Positions 1 through 8,640 of a stretch of 48,735 nt of DNA are shown in pieces; position 1 is the first letter of the stretch; each line of letters begins with the position of its first letter. The stretch is from a virus (lineage: Duplodnaviria > Caudoviricetes), in the IMG/VR virus record IMGVR_UViG_3300048852_000104, positions 1 through 48,735 of that record, one strand, 5' to 3'. Position numbers and translations under genes: made by a program. Below the pieces are notes generated by a model, which saw only the letters and a program-made list of their open reading frames with translations, had not been told where the DNA came from and did not search any database.

Positions 1-32
1 TTAAGCCCTTCCAGCTTCACCTTGACCACCAT
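1..32 (-). CDS. probable 5' end of integrase (truncated by window edge)
   Basis: ATG at 32 opens MVVKVKLEGL..., overlapping the 3' end of the xis-like gene; position expected for int. Confidence 0.4.
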   Translation of the reverse strand, partial: MVVKVKLEGL

Positions 33-267
33 AGAGCCGATCCCCGAACTTGCGCTTCGGCGCGGCATTCTGCTTGTTTGGATCGAGCGTGACTAGCCAC
101 TCGTCGAGGCGCTGGCGAAGATAACGTTCGCCACGTGTGGATTCCGTGAATTGCAACGGCCTTACCGGGCACACCTTCTTGAAGGTGTCCACGCAGATCC
201 CGCAATATGCCGCGGCGGACTTCAGGTCCATTGCGGCTGGCCAGTAGGGAAGGTTCGGCGTCGTCAT
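1..267 (-). CDS. excisionase-like winged-helix protein
   Basis: WPAAMDLKSAAAYCGI...YLRQRLDEWL resembles AlpA/Xis; last gene of the leftward operon. Confidence 0.7.
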   Translation of the reverse strand: MTTPNLPYWPAAMDLKSAAAYCGICVDTFKKVCPVRPLQFTESTRGERYLRQRLDEWLVTLDPNKQNAAPKRKFGDRLYGGQGEAGRA

Positions 268-449
268 CCTTCACCTCTCTTTGCGGCTTCCTGCTCGTTC
301 GCAATCGCCCTCCCGACTGCGAACAGGATCTCGACGTGGGTCATGGGGCGCGGCTTACCGACTATTGCCTCTGCTGCCTCGCGGACTGATTCCGGCAAGG
401 CGTAGTATTCACGCGTGGCGGGGGTGGCGTTGGTGAGGTCGGGGGTCAT
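264..449 (-). CDS. hypothetical phage protein (61 aa)
   Basis: MTPDLTNAT...; ATGA overlaps at both ends. Confidence 0.65.
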   Translation of the reverse strand: MTPDLTNATPATREYYALPESVREAAEAIVGKPRPMTHVEILFAVGRAIANEQEAAKRGEG

Positions 450-841
450 TGGTCGATCCTTCCGTTGACGATCTGGCCCGTCCGGGTGTCGATCACGTCG
501 CCGTTCATTTTCCGCTTGAACCGCTTGCTGAAGCCGCTCTTTGGCTTGTTCTTGGCAAGGACCCGTTTCAGTCGGTTGGCGTCGACCTTGGACCGGACGG
601 TAGCCTCGGCGCTCGTCTTCGCCTGGTGAGCTTTCTTGCTGATTGCCTGAAGGTTGGATTCTCGGTTCTCGCCGCCGAGCCACAACGGGACGATGTGATC
701 GAATTCGGCTTTGGTGCCGTCGCGAAAGTCCAGACCGGTGATTGCACACTTCCAGCCCTGCCGTTCCAAGACGCGCAGCTTGCATTTGTCGGTCGGCATG
801 CTGTCGTCGGTACGGCCGATCCATTCGGGCACGCTGCGCAT
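446..841 (-). CDS. HNH endonuclease
   Basis: CAITG...FDHIVPLWLGGENRESNLQ...H motif; start MRSVPEW coupled to upstream stop. Confidence 0.85.
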   Translation of the reverse strand: MRSVPEWIGRTDDSMPTDKCKLRVLERQGWKCAITGLDFRDGTKAEFDHIVPLWLGGENRESNLQAISKKAHQAKTSAEATVRSKVDANRLKRVLAKNKPKSGFSKRFKRKMNGDVIDTRTGQIVNGRIDQ

Positions 842-1053
842 CAGTGGCGGCCCTCCATACGAGCTTCTAGCTTGTCGAGCCGCTTGAGGAGACCGTCGAT
901 TTTGTCTTCCAGCCGCTCGGCAGCCGTTTCCGTACCGTCGGCGCAATGGCATTCGGCGTCGTCGCCACAGATGGCTCTGTTCCAGCAGCCAGGGACCAGG
1001 AACTTGCCGCCGGGCACCTCCGGATCGCGTACCCATTTGCACCGCGCAATCAT
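841..1053 (-). CDS. hypothetical Cys-rich protein
   Basis: MIARCKW...PGCW...CHC plus coiled-coil tail; coupled. Confidence 0.6.
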   Translation of the reverse strand: MIARCKWVRDPEVPGGKFLVPGCWNRAICGDDAECHCADGTETAAERLEDKIDGLLKRLDKLEARMEGRH

Positions 1054-1760
1054 GCAGCCACCGTTTCTATCTGGTCGATGTTCTGCTTGAGGACCGTGAA
1101 GGTGTAGGCGACAACCCAAGGGTTCGCTTCCCATGAACCGGGGCCGTTGATGGCGTTCCACAGCTCGGCGTAGCCTTGCCGGTAAATGCCCTTCCAATCA
1201 GGATTGAACGCCCGCGATAGTTTCGTGGAGCTGGAATACTGGTCGGCGCCCTCCGCGATCGCGTCCGCTTCGCTGATGTCCTGCAGCCGCTCGACGCGAA
1301 CGTCGGTGACGGTCAGGGTGATGCGAGAGGCCCAGCGCGGCATAAAGATGGATGGGCGCCAGTAGTCCGGCCCCTTAGGAGCGTAGTATTTGAACGCGTT
1401 CCGGTTGCCGTCGGGGTATCCGATCTGCGCATGCTGCTCGGACCAGCCGACAATGCCACGCTGGGCTGCATATGCGATCTCGACACAGTCAGCGTGCCAG
1501 CCGTGTGCGCGCCAGGTTTCTTTCACCCACAGCCGATCGCCTCGGCTGATCTTCACTGGAACCTCTCCACCGAAGTTCCCGAATTTCGTGCGGCGCTCGA
1601 ATGCATGGAAGGGCTCTTTGTCGAACGGCCGGATAGTCTTCCGTACGATCGTGACGCCTGCCGGTGGCTGATCCTTGCAAAGCCGGCGCGTCTGCGTCTT
1701 GCGGCCGGCGAGCAGCGCACAGACCATCGGGGCGGAGAAGAGGATAGGGCGGTCGGTCAT
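1050..1760 (-). CDS. phage protein, ASCH/PUA-like
   Basis: RPILFSAPMV.ALLAGRKTQTRR, GDRLWVKET, WRPSIFMPRWASRITL, NPWV motifs. Confidence 0.8.
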   Translation of the reverse strand: MTDRPILFSAPMVCALLAGRKTQTRRLCKDQPPAGVTIVRKTIRPFDKEPFHAFERRTKFGNFGGEVPVKISRGDRLWVKETWRAHGWHADCVEIAYAAQRGIVGWSEQHAQIGYPDGNRNAFKYYAPKGPDYWRPSIFMPRWASRITLTVTDVRVERLQDISEADAIAEGADQYSSSTKLSRAFNPDWKGIYRQGYAELWNAINGPGSWEANPWVVAYTFTVLKQNIDQIETVAA

Positions 1761-1975
1761 CGGCTTAGCTCCGCCATGAGGTCGAGGACTTCTCGGGGAA
1801 GGGTACGAAGCTCCTTTTGAACCCAGAGACCGCAGAAGCGTGGCGGTCTGAAGCCGTGGTCGAGCAACTGCTCGGCAAGCGCCTTCCTCGCTTCACGAGC
1901 ACTGTAGAAGCCCTTGCCGCTCAGGGTGAGGACGTCGTCGCCGATCGGAATGACGCATCGGTAACTGCAGGTCAT
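1757..1975 (-). CDS. hypothetical protein
   Basis: 72 aa ORF with ATGA overlaps at both ends. Confidence 0.6.
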   Translation of the reverse strand: MTCSYRCVIPIGDDVLTLSGKGFYSAREARKALAEQLLDHGFRPPRFCGLWVQKELRTLPREVLDLMAELSR

Positions 1976-2736
1976 GCCGCCACTCCTTCGCGTTCAATCG
2001 GCCACTGACGGATCAGCAGTTCAGCCGGGATTTCCTGCTTGCGCGTCACCTGCTTCATGAAGAAGGCGCGGCCGAGCGTGGCGCTCTGATCGCGCAGATA
2101 GCGGAAGTTATCCGGGTCGGTGTATCGCGCCTTGTGCGGCCCCTGGTCGGTCTCGCCTCCGGTGATGATCCAGTCCGGTGCATACTTGTCGAGGACGACA
2201 CGGCTTAAGAGCGGTTCGTAGCTTCCAAAGGTGAACAGCGGTTCAAGCGATTGCTTCACCTCCCAAAGCTTCATCCGGTCGCGGTCGTATTCGGGCTGGT
2301 TGGCGATGGTGGCGCCGATCGCGGCATTGCGTGGGAGCATCCTATGGCCGCGTGCAGGGTCGGTCATCTTCATGACATTGCCGATCCGCTTGGTCAGCAA
2401 AAGCCAGATCAAGTTCGGCGTTGCTTCGATCAGGCTCATCAGATCGTAGCGCCACATCTCGTCGACTTCGTTGTCGAACACGTCGGCCAACGATGCGCAG
2501 AAGACATAAGGGCGGGTTCCGGCTTCCTTGGCAGCCTTGTCCCATGCGACCGGCTTTCGCCAGTTGGCTTTGCCCGTGCGCTGTCGATCTTCGCCGGCTC
2601 CCCACTGGACACGGCCGTAACGGTTCGCCATCAGGTTTTCAGCGTAGCAGCCATCACATGCCGGAGAGACCTTCGTGCAGCCGATCCACGGATTGAAGGT
2701 GTGATCGGTCCATTCGATCTTGCTGTTCTCAGCCAT
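1972..2736 (-). CDS. DUF5131 / Gp37Gp68 family protein
   Basis: SKIEWTDHTFNPWIGCTKVSPACDGCYA (Cx6Cx2C), SLADVF, LLTKR, WIITGGE. Confidence 0.9.
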   Translation of the reverse strand: MAENSKIEWTDHTFNPWIGCTKVSPACDGCYAENLMANRYGRVQWGAGEDRQRTGKANWRKPVAWDKAAKEAGTRPYVFCASLADVFDNEVDEMWRYDLMSLIEATPNLIWLLLTKRIGNVMKMTDPARGHRMLPRNAAIGATIANQPEYDRDRMKLWEVKQSLEPLFTFGSYEPLLSRVVLDKYAPDWIITGGETDQGPHKARYTDPDNFRYLRDQSATLGRAFFMKQVTRKQEIPAELLIRQWPIEREGVAA

Positions 2737-2737
2737 T

Positions 2738-3052
2738 TCAGAACCCCCGCTCATCAGGTTGGCGCGGGAGGTCCCCAGGCTGAAGGCGGCTGACCTTCAT
2801 CTTTTTCCCGTCACGAGTGACCAGGAACATCGGGAGCGGACGGCTAACCCAAGTGACAGAGACCTCATCCGCCTCGTCGAGCTCCAAGCCGAATTCTTCT
2901 TCTTCGGTCATGGCCTCGGCCTTCGCCTCGGCTTCATGCTGGCTTTCCGCCTTGACCGTTACGCGGATCGTGCCGCTCACCGAGAAGGTGGCCTCGTACT
3001 CGCCAGGGCGCTCGTCAACGATGAAATCTGCTTTGTTCGGTGCTTCCGTCAT
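2738..3052 (-). CDS. hypothetical acidic protein
   Basis: 104 aa ORF in operon, coupled. Confidence 0.7.
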   Translation of the reverse strand: MTEAPNKADFIVDERPGEYEATFSVSGTIRVTVKAESQHEAEAKAEAMTEEEEFGLELDEADEVSVTWVSRPLPMFLVTRDGKKMKVSRLQPGDLPRQPDERGF

Positions 3053-3480
3053 GCTGCGCGCTCCTCAGCTAGGAAGGCCAGCGGATCGAAGCCGACGGTG
3101 TCAGCGATCAGCGCCATGGCCTGGTTCATGAAGTTGCAGAATTCCTCGTGCTGCATCTTGTCGAGAGCGATGCTGTCCGGAACGAGCGTGATTTCGCCGG
3201 TCCGCATGTTCACGACCTGCTCGCGGTAGCCGAGGGTCATCTTGATGTCGCGGTGCAGGTTTTCGGCGCTCGACCACTTCTGAGTGACCTTGACCACTAG
3301 GCCAAGGGCTTTCCAGTAGGTGCGTAGCTGCCGATCCGACCGCTTGGTGACGGGCACGATTTCGAAGATCTGGCCTTCAGGGATCGACGCCATTTTCTCC
3401 GCGTCGTCCTGGGTGTGGGCGCGGAGGCCGCGCGGCGTCATGATCGCCTGGATCAGCGGGGGCTTTTCCTTCTTCCGCAT
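3049..3480 (-). CDS. DUF1367/NinB-like recombination accessory protein
   Basis: RS..Q...YW and SIALDKMQHEEF motifs; follows recombinase. Confidence 0.55.
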   Translation of the reverse strand: MRKKEKPPLIQAIMTPRGLRAHTQDDAEKMASIPEGQIFEIVPVTKRSDRQLRTYWKALGLVVKVTQKWSSAENLHRDIKMTLGYREQVVNMRTGEITLVPDSIALDKMQHEEFCNFMNQAMALIADTVGFDPLAFLAEERAA

Positions 3481-3482
3481 GA

Positions 3483-4454
3483 TCAGCCACCGTTCAACGG
3501 CGAAAGTTGCGCAAGCCGCCGGTTCTTGATGGCGAAGGCAGCATCGATCATGTCGGCGTGGCCGTTGGTTTCGAGCACGGCCGGAGCGTCGAAGTCGGTC
3601 CAGATCTCCTCAACCTCCACCTCGTCCTTGGCACCGGCGAGCGAGGTTTCGAGCTGCTCGAGGAAATCGCCGAGATCGAATGTCGGCTCGCCATCCGTTG
3701 CGGGCTCGGCATCGATCGTCTTGCCTTCCTCAGCTACGGCGGCGACTGCCGGAGGTGCCGGTGGCTTTGGCGGCTTTGGCGGATGTGCCTGCGCAGCCTT
3801 CGGCGGGGTGATATCGCGCATCGTCTCGACCTCGTCGATCTCGCGCACCTCGAACTCGTCGCGAATGCCCCCGAGGACGTCGCCGAACAGTTCGCGAAGG
3901 CAATAGCCGGCGGCACGCCACGCGAGCATGCGCTTAGGGAAGCGGTACCAGGGACTATCGTTCGGCTTCGTTTCGTTCTTCTTGTCCCACTTGTTCCACT
4001 TCGTGACCATGGCCTCGGTCTGCCAGAGGCCGGCGCGGACAGCGTCATCCTGCGAGAACTCGACACGCTTCTCTTCGCCGGTGTCGTTCCGCTTCGCCTC
4101 GCAAAAGCCGACGAGCTTGCCGCCGACATCGTCGCAGCCGGTGCGCAAATACTCGACGCGGCCAGACATGCGAACGACGTTGATCAGTCCGTCGCCGTAA
4201 AGCGCCGGCTTTCCATTGATGACCGTGAAGCTCCGAAGGCTGACCATCGGCTTCAAACCGAGCTCGGCGCCGGACATGATGGCGACTGCAACCGCGCTTG
4301 CGGCATCGTCGCCGGTCAGCTTGCCGATGAGCGCCGACGGCGCGAGACCGGAAGCGACGACGGCGCGCGCCACGCGGAACGTCTCCTCGAAGGTCTGGGG
4401 AACGATAGCGATGACATTGCCGCCGCCGGTGAGTGCTGGAACGTAAGCGTTCAT
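3483..4454 (-). CDS. RecT/Redbeta-like single-strand annealing protein
   Basis: GAELGLKPM.SL...VINGKPALYGD, PW...PKRML.WRA motifs; Pro-rich linker; AGGAG RBS before MNAYV. Confidence 0.8.
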   Translation of the reverse strand: MNAYVPALTGGGNVIAIVPQTFEETFRVARAVVASGLAPSALIGKLTGDDAASAVAVAIMSGAELGLKPMVSLRSFTVINGKPALYGDGLINVVRMSGRVEYLRTGCDDVGGKLVGFCEAKRNDTGEEKRVEFSQDDAVRAGLWQTEAMVTKWNKWDKKNETKPNDSPWYRFPKRMLAWRAAGYCLRELFGDVLGGIRDEFEVREIDEVETMRDITPPKAAQAHPPKPPKPPAPPAVAAVAEEGKTIDAEPATDGEPTFDLGDFLEQLETSLAGAKDEVEVEEIWTDFDAPAVLETNGHADMIDAAFAIKNRRLAQLSPLNGG

Positions 4455-4464
4455 GGGGGTTCTC

Positions 4465-4800
4465 CTAGCGGTCGACGTCGTCGAAAATCGATCGATTGCC
4501 CTTTTCATCGAGCATCGTCCGGTCTTCCGAAAACATGGGTTGTCCATTGGGATGCTTGGCCTGCCGCTCCTCGTCGGTCCTCAGGTCTTCCACCACCCGA
4601 AGGATCGCCTTCTCCGCCTTGTCGGATGAAGACTTGATCTCCATCACCTCGACCTTGGTCTCACCGCGCTTGGTCTCGACGACAACCTTGTCGCCGACGT
4701 TGACCGTCAACGCGGTCGGGATGAAGTAATCGTAGGTCTTCTCGTCCTTCTGCCACTTGAACTTGACCGCAGCGACGTAGAGAGAATCTGTGTCGGTCAT
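4465..4800 (-). CDS. hypothetical protein
   Basis: KTYDY...VGDKVVVET motif; in operon. Confidence 0.7.
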   Translation of the reverse strand: MTDTDSLYVAAVKFKWQKDEKTYDYFIPTALTVNVGDKVVVETKRGETKVEVMEIKSSSDKAEKAILRVVEDLRTDEERQAKHPNGQPMFSEDRTMLDEKGNRSIFDDVDR

Positions 4801-5780
4801 TATGCGGCCCTCTGCTCTTCGATGCGCTCGACTCCATCAACGTCGACACCGGCGCGGATTGCGCGGTTGGCGAGCGTCTCGACGAGCGTTTTCATTTCCG
4901 GATGGTTGCCCAAGGCCTTGAGGGCCTTGTCGTAGTCGACGATGCGAGCCGATAGGAACGTGCGGAGGCTGACACGGGCACCGGTGCGCCCAGCCTGGGC
5001 GTTCTTCGCCCTTGCTGCCTGCTCCTGTTTGGCTGCTTCCTGCTGCAGGCGTTCTGCGGCGGCTTGCGCGGCGGTGTCGCTTGCATCAGCCTTAGCGGCC
5101 AACTCCTCGGCCTCGCGGCGCTTCCGTTCGGCTTCGTCGCGTTCGCGCTGCTGGCGCTCGAACTCAAGGCGCTGCTGCTGTTGCAAGAACGGCGTGACGT
5201 GCGCCTTAAGCTTCTTCGCGAGCGTGTCCGGATCCTCTTTGAGGCCGCGCCACTTGTTGTCGACGTTGCGGCCGGCATCGAGGTGCGGTTGCTTTTCGAC
5301 CTTGTGCAGGTCGGTGGCCTTGTTCTTGATCGCGGTCAGCCGCTTCGACCAAATCGCGGCCTTGTCAGCCTGATCCTGCGTTGTGACGGGCGTTTTCATG
5401 AACGCCTCGGCCTGTTCCTTTTCGGCCTCATACTCCAGCTTGAGGGCTTCGAACGGATCGGCCGGAAGATTGTGGCCGATCGCAGGAGCCGGCGGCTCAT
5501 CATCCCAGCCGGCGCCCTCGATAGCCTGCTGATAGGCCTCGTAGCTGACCGGGTGCGTGCGGCAGAAGTTCCAAGCGTCGGCGGCATCGACCATGCGCTC
5601 GCCGCGCATCGCCAGCCATTCGCCTTCATCCCCGCGCCAGATCGCGACCGGCTCCCACTGGCCGCCTTTGAAGCGGGTGCGGTAATAGCCCTGTTCGGGC
5701 TGGCCTTCGTGCATCGCGCCGATTTTACCGGTCAAGGCGTTCTGCCACCACGCCCAAGGATTGATATCTGTCATTTCCAT
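4800..5780 (-). CDS. hypothetical coiled-coil phage protein
   Basis: 326 aa, IGHN motif, long coiled coil; recombination module. Confidence 0.8.
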   Translation of the reverse strand: MEMTDINPWAWWQNALTGKIGAMHEGQPEQGYYRTRFKGGQWEPVAIWRGDEGEWLAMRGERMVDAADAWNFCRTHPVSYEAYQQAIEGAGWDDEPPAPAIGHNLPADPFEALKLEYEAEKEQAEAFMKTPVTTQDQADKAAIWSKRLTAIKNKATDLHKVEKQPHLDAGRNVDNKWRGLKEDPDTLAKKLKAHVTPFLQQQQRLEFERQQRERDEAERKRREAEELAAKADASDTAAQAAAERLQQEAAKQEQAARAKNAQAGRTGARVSLRTFLSARIVDYDKALKALGNHPEMKTLVETLANRAIRAGVDVDGVERIEEQRAA

Positions 5781-6007
5781 ACGATTGACTCCTGGTTGAT
5801 AATGGCGGCGCGCTTCATCGCCCCTTCGGTGTTGAGAAGCCCCACGGCCATCAGGCCGAGGAGGGCGGAGAGAAGAATTAGAAAGGTCGCGGTTGCGGAG
5901 GTGGCGCGGTTGAACTGCTTGAGCGCTTCAAGATCGTCGTCGCGATCGACAGCGCAGCGGTTGCATGTGCATCCGAACTCGGAAGCGGGGCAGGTGGCGC
6001 GGGTCAT
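5771..6007 (-). CDS. hypothetical membrane protein
   Basis: CP...CTCNRC N-terminus and one hydrophobic helix. Confidence 0.6.
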   Translation of the reverse strand: MTRATCPASEFGCTCNRCAVDRDDDLEALKQFNRATSATATFLILLSALLGLMAVGLLNTEGAMKRAAIINQESIVWK

Positions 6008-6324
6008 TAGAACCCGCTCCCGAACTGCTGGGGGTGATTGAGCGTCGAATAGACCTGCCCGCGTACCGGCGCCTCGAATTCCTTCTCGCGGTTGATCGCG
6101 AAATAGACGTCATCGACGAGTTCGGATGCCGGTACGGCCTCGCGCTGGAAGACGTCGCCGTCGGCGCCAAGATGCCACGCAAGCGAAGCCAGATCGGAAT
6201 AGGTGCGCTGCAGGAAATCCTTGAGAGCGGCTTGTGCGTCTGCATCCGACGGGTCGCAACGCATCGCGTGTGACAGGCAGGCGGCGTTGGACTTGATGCT
6301 CTGGATTACGGCTTGGATGCTCAT
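6007..6324 (-). CDS. hypothetical protein, first gene of leftward operon
   Basis: 105 aa, GGAG RBS, downstream of PL. Confidence 0.7.
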   Translation of the reverse strand: MSIQAVIQSIKSNAACLSHAMRCDPSDADAQAALKDFLQRTYSDLASLAWHLGADGDVFQREAVPASELVDDVYFAINREKEFEAPVRGQVYSTLNHPQQFGSGF

Positions 6325-6363
6325 CGCTTCATCTCCCGGCGTGGCCGTGTGTTGATGAGAGCA

Positions 6364-6391
6364 AATGTAACAGTTTATGCGACAGTGTCAA
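6364..6391 (-). promoter_or_regulatory. leftward promoter PL
   Basis: TTGACA-N16-TACATT on minus strand, overlapped by operator. Confidence 0.7.
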
Positions 6392-6416
6392 CCGTCATGT
6401 AACATAAAATGACGCA
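6366..6416. promoter_or_regulatory. two putative CI operators (OL)
   Basis: TGTAACA-N5-TGCGACA (6366-6384) and TGTAACA-N5-TGACGCA (6398-6416); match OR palindrome. Confidence 0.7.
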
Positions 6417-6793
6417 AAACGTTTGACATGTGTAGCACGTGAGTGCCGCTGGGGTTCGCCGATCACGGCAAGTTTTCCACATTACGAAAATGTGATGTAC
6501 GCCAAAGCGGCCGGTTGTCGTCGTTTTCAGCCGTGGGAAATCAGCCACATGCGGTAGGGAATAGGAAACGCGCCGTGGATTTGCATGGGTTCTTACCTGT
6601 GGATTGTCATTGAACTGTCACAAACAGGGACGGCGTTTCTGAATGCCCATCCTTGTCCATGGCAAATCGCGAAGGTTTGTGACAATCCACAACCTTAAGC
6701 CCTCCCTCAATTTTGGGGTCGATAACTGCGAGCGTCGCGCTAACGTGCCGGTGCACTCTGGTGCTGGGGGTGTTGGTAATCGTCAACGAGGGC

Positions 6794-7159
6794 ATGATGC
6801 ATGAATTTTCTTTTCCAAGCGTACCGACTGAAAACGTCCTTTCTGATCGCTTCCGCGTACATGCGGTTACTGGGGACGCTATGGAGCCGACGCTCCGCGG
6901 TGGCCGCGATTACGCGCTCCTGGCGCCAGTAGCCTCCTATGAGGGAGAGGGGATCTACCTGATGAACATTGGCGCCGGCCTTGACCTGTTTCGGGTCACG
7001 ACATCATTCGATGGAGAAGGTGGGTTCCGGCTGTCTCAGGAGAATAGGCGGTCAAGGCCGCAGTGTCTCAGCCGACAGCAGTTCGATGCGCTCGTGGTCG
7101 GCCTGGTTGTCGCGGACATCCGCACTAGGGACGAGCGATTTCTGAGAGATGCGCCTTAG
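6794..7159 (+). CDS. stand-alone S24 (LexA/CI C-terminal-like) domain protein, catalytic residues missing
   Basis: VTGDAMEPTL.GG.D (cf. GDSMxP), EGIY, LFRV, RLSQEN, VVGLVV; no HTH; GAGGG RBS. Confidence 0.75.
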   Translation: MMHEFSFPSVPTENVLSDRFRVHAVTGDAMEPTLRGGRDYALLAPVASYEGEGIYLMNIGAGLDLFRVTTSFDGEGGFRLSQENRRSRPQCLSRQQFDALVVGLVVADIRTRDERFLRDAP

Positions 7160-7593
7160 CGCGATTTCCTCACGAATTCAGTGAGCCCGTCCACCTCGAT
7201 GAAGTCGATCATGACCTCATCAGTTGGGCGGTTCGCTCGCATCTTGCATTCGGATCTCTTCTGCACGACCGTGCTGTCCTTGTCCGTCGCCTCGTAGTCG
7301 ATGACGAACGTCCAGTCGACGGGCTGGGTATCCTGACTGTCGAAACGGGCGAGTTGTTTTTCGGCGAATTCCTTCTTCGCCCCCAAGTCAGCAAGAACCT
7401 TGGCGAACTCATCGCGGGTCAACCGGTGCTCATCGACGGAATAGTCCTTGATCCGGTAAAGTCCTGGAACCGGTTGCCTGGCCTTGATCACTTCCTCGCA
7501 AGCCGCCAAGTATTTCGTATGGTCCGAGGCCAGTCCAGTCGACGGTATCAGGGCGGCGATCGACAGGGCATAGAGGATCGACCGGTTCATCAT
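7156..7593 (-). CDS. exported protein co-transcribed with cI
   Basis: Signal peptide (MNRSILYALSIAALIPSTGLA), two Cys; overlaps cI stop. Confidence 0.75.
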   Translation of the reverse strand: MMNRSILYALSIAALIPSTGLASDHTKYLAACEEVIKARQPVPGLYRIKDYSVDEHRLTRDEFAKVLADLGAKKEFAEKQLARFDSQDTQPVDWTFVIDYEATDKDSTVVQKRSECKMRANRPTDEVMIDFIEVDGLTEFVRKSR

Positions 7594-8354
7594 CGCCTCG
7601 CAATATGACCGCAGATCCGGCCGATGATCTTGACCCGCGACAGCTCGACGGTGAACGTCTCCAGGTTCGGGTTGTCCGAGATAATACGGACCTCTGTCGG
7701 CTCGCTGAACGGCACCCGCTGCAGTCGCTTAATCTGGGGCTCGGAATAGCCGTCACTGATCGCGTAGACGGTATCACTGACAAGTCGGTCCTGCGAAAGG
7801 TCAACGATCACTCGATCTCCCGGCGAATAGGTCGGGAACATTGAATCGCCAACGACTTCCATGATGAGCGTATGCGAGGGCGATGCCCGGACCTCGTTGC
7901 GAAGGTACGCGTCTGGAATGAACCACTCGGCGACAACCTGGTGTCCAGAGACCTGCGAAGCGCTAACCGGCAGATTGATCACGTCACCGATCGACCCTTC
8001 TCCTGCGCCTAATTTGACATCGATCTCCGGGACAGCGCCATTCATGTGAGGGCGCCAGTGCTCGCGGGTATAGCCGCCGCCACTCTCCCCGTCCTGGGAG
8101 TGATCGGGCGTGTCTGGGTCGAAGCTCGAAACCCACGAAACACCTTGGGGAGGGCGGTTGAGGATCAAAGCCTCCGGCGTGGTGCCCAAGAGCTTCGCGA
8201 GGACTTCGGCTCGATCTCGTTTTAGTTGCGAGTGATCGTTCGCGAGGCGGTTGATGGTCGCGCGCGAGACGCCGATGGCTTCGGCTAGTTCCTCCTGAGA
8301 GGCGAACTTCGACGCTTTGAGGAAGGGATCAAGCCAATTCTTTGTCATTGGCAT
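7590..8354 (-). CDS. cI: CI-like repressor (HTH + S24 autoprotease)
   Basis: SQEELAEAIGVSRATINRL HTH; LGAG cleavage site; GDSMFP Ser; IKRL Lys. Confidence 0.93.
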   Translation of the reverse strand: MPMTKNWLDPFLKASKFASQEELAEAIGVSRATINRLANDHSQLKRDRAEVLAKLLGTTPEALILNRPPQGVSWVSSFDPDTPDHSQDGESGGGYTREHWRPHMNGAVPEIDVKLGAGEGSIGDVINLPVSASQVSGHQVVAEWFIPDAYLRNEVRASPSHTLIMEVVGDSMFPTYSPGDRVIVDLSQDRLVSDTVYAISDGYSEPQIKRLQRVPFSEPTEVRIISDNPNLETFTVELSRVKIIGRICGHIARR

Positions 8355-8381
8355 CTTATCCGCCAGATTCGCAGCATCTTC

Positions 8382-8443
8382 TATGCCATAAAATGTTACA
8401 CTGGCATTGACAGGCGCACAAAAGTGTAGCAGTAATTGCTACA
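8382..8443. promoter_or_regulatory. OR operators and PR promoter
   Basis: TATGCCA-N5-TGTTACA (8382-8400); perfect TGTAGCA-N5-TGCTACA (8425-8443); TTGACA at 8407-8412, AGTAAT at 8431-8436. Confidence 0.75.
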
Positions 8444-8640
8444 TGACCCTCGAAGATTACATCCACGAGCACACGACTGTAACAGCTTTTGCAGCATTGC
8501 TGGGCAAGAGCCGGGCACAAGTGCACCGGTATATGCGCGGTGAAAATCTTAGCAAGAGCGTCATCGAAGAGATTTGCCGCGCCACTGGCGGGGCGGTCGA
8601 GCCGAAATCCTTCTTTGAGGTGCGGGAGACTGCGGAATGA
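8443..8640 (+). CDS. cro: Cro-like HTH protein
   Basis: TVTAFAALLGKSRAQVHRY...ICRATGGAV; divergent from cI. Confidence 0.85.
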   Translation: MTLEDYIHEHTTVTAFAALLGKSRAQVHRYMRGENLSKSVIEEICRATGGAVEPKSFFEVRETAE

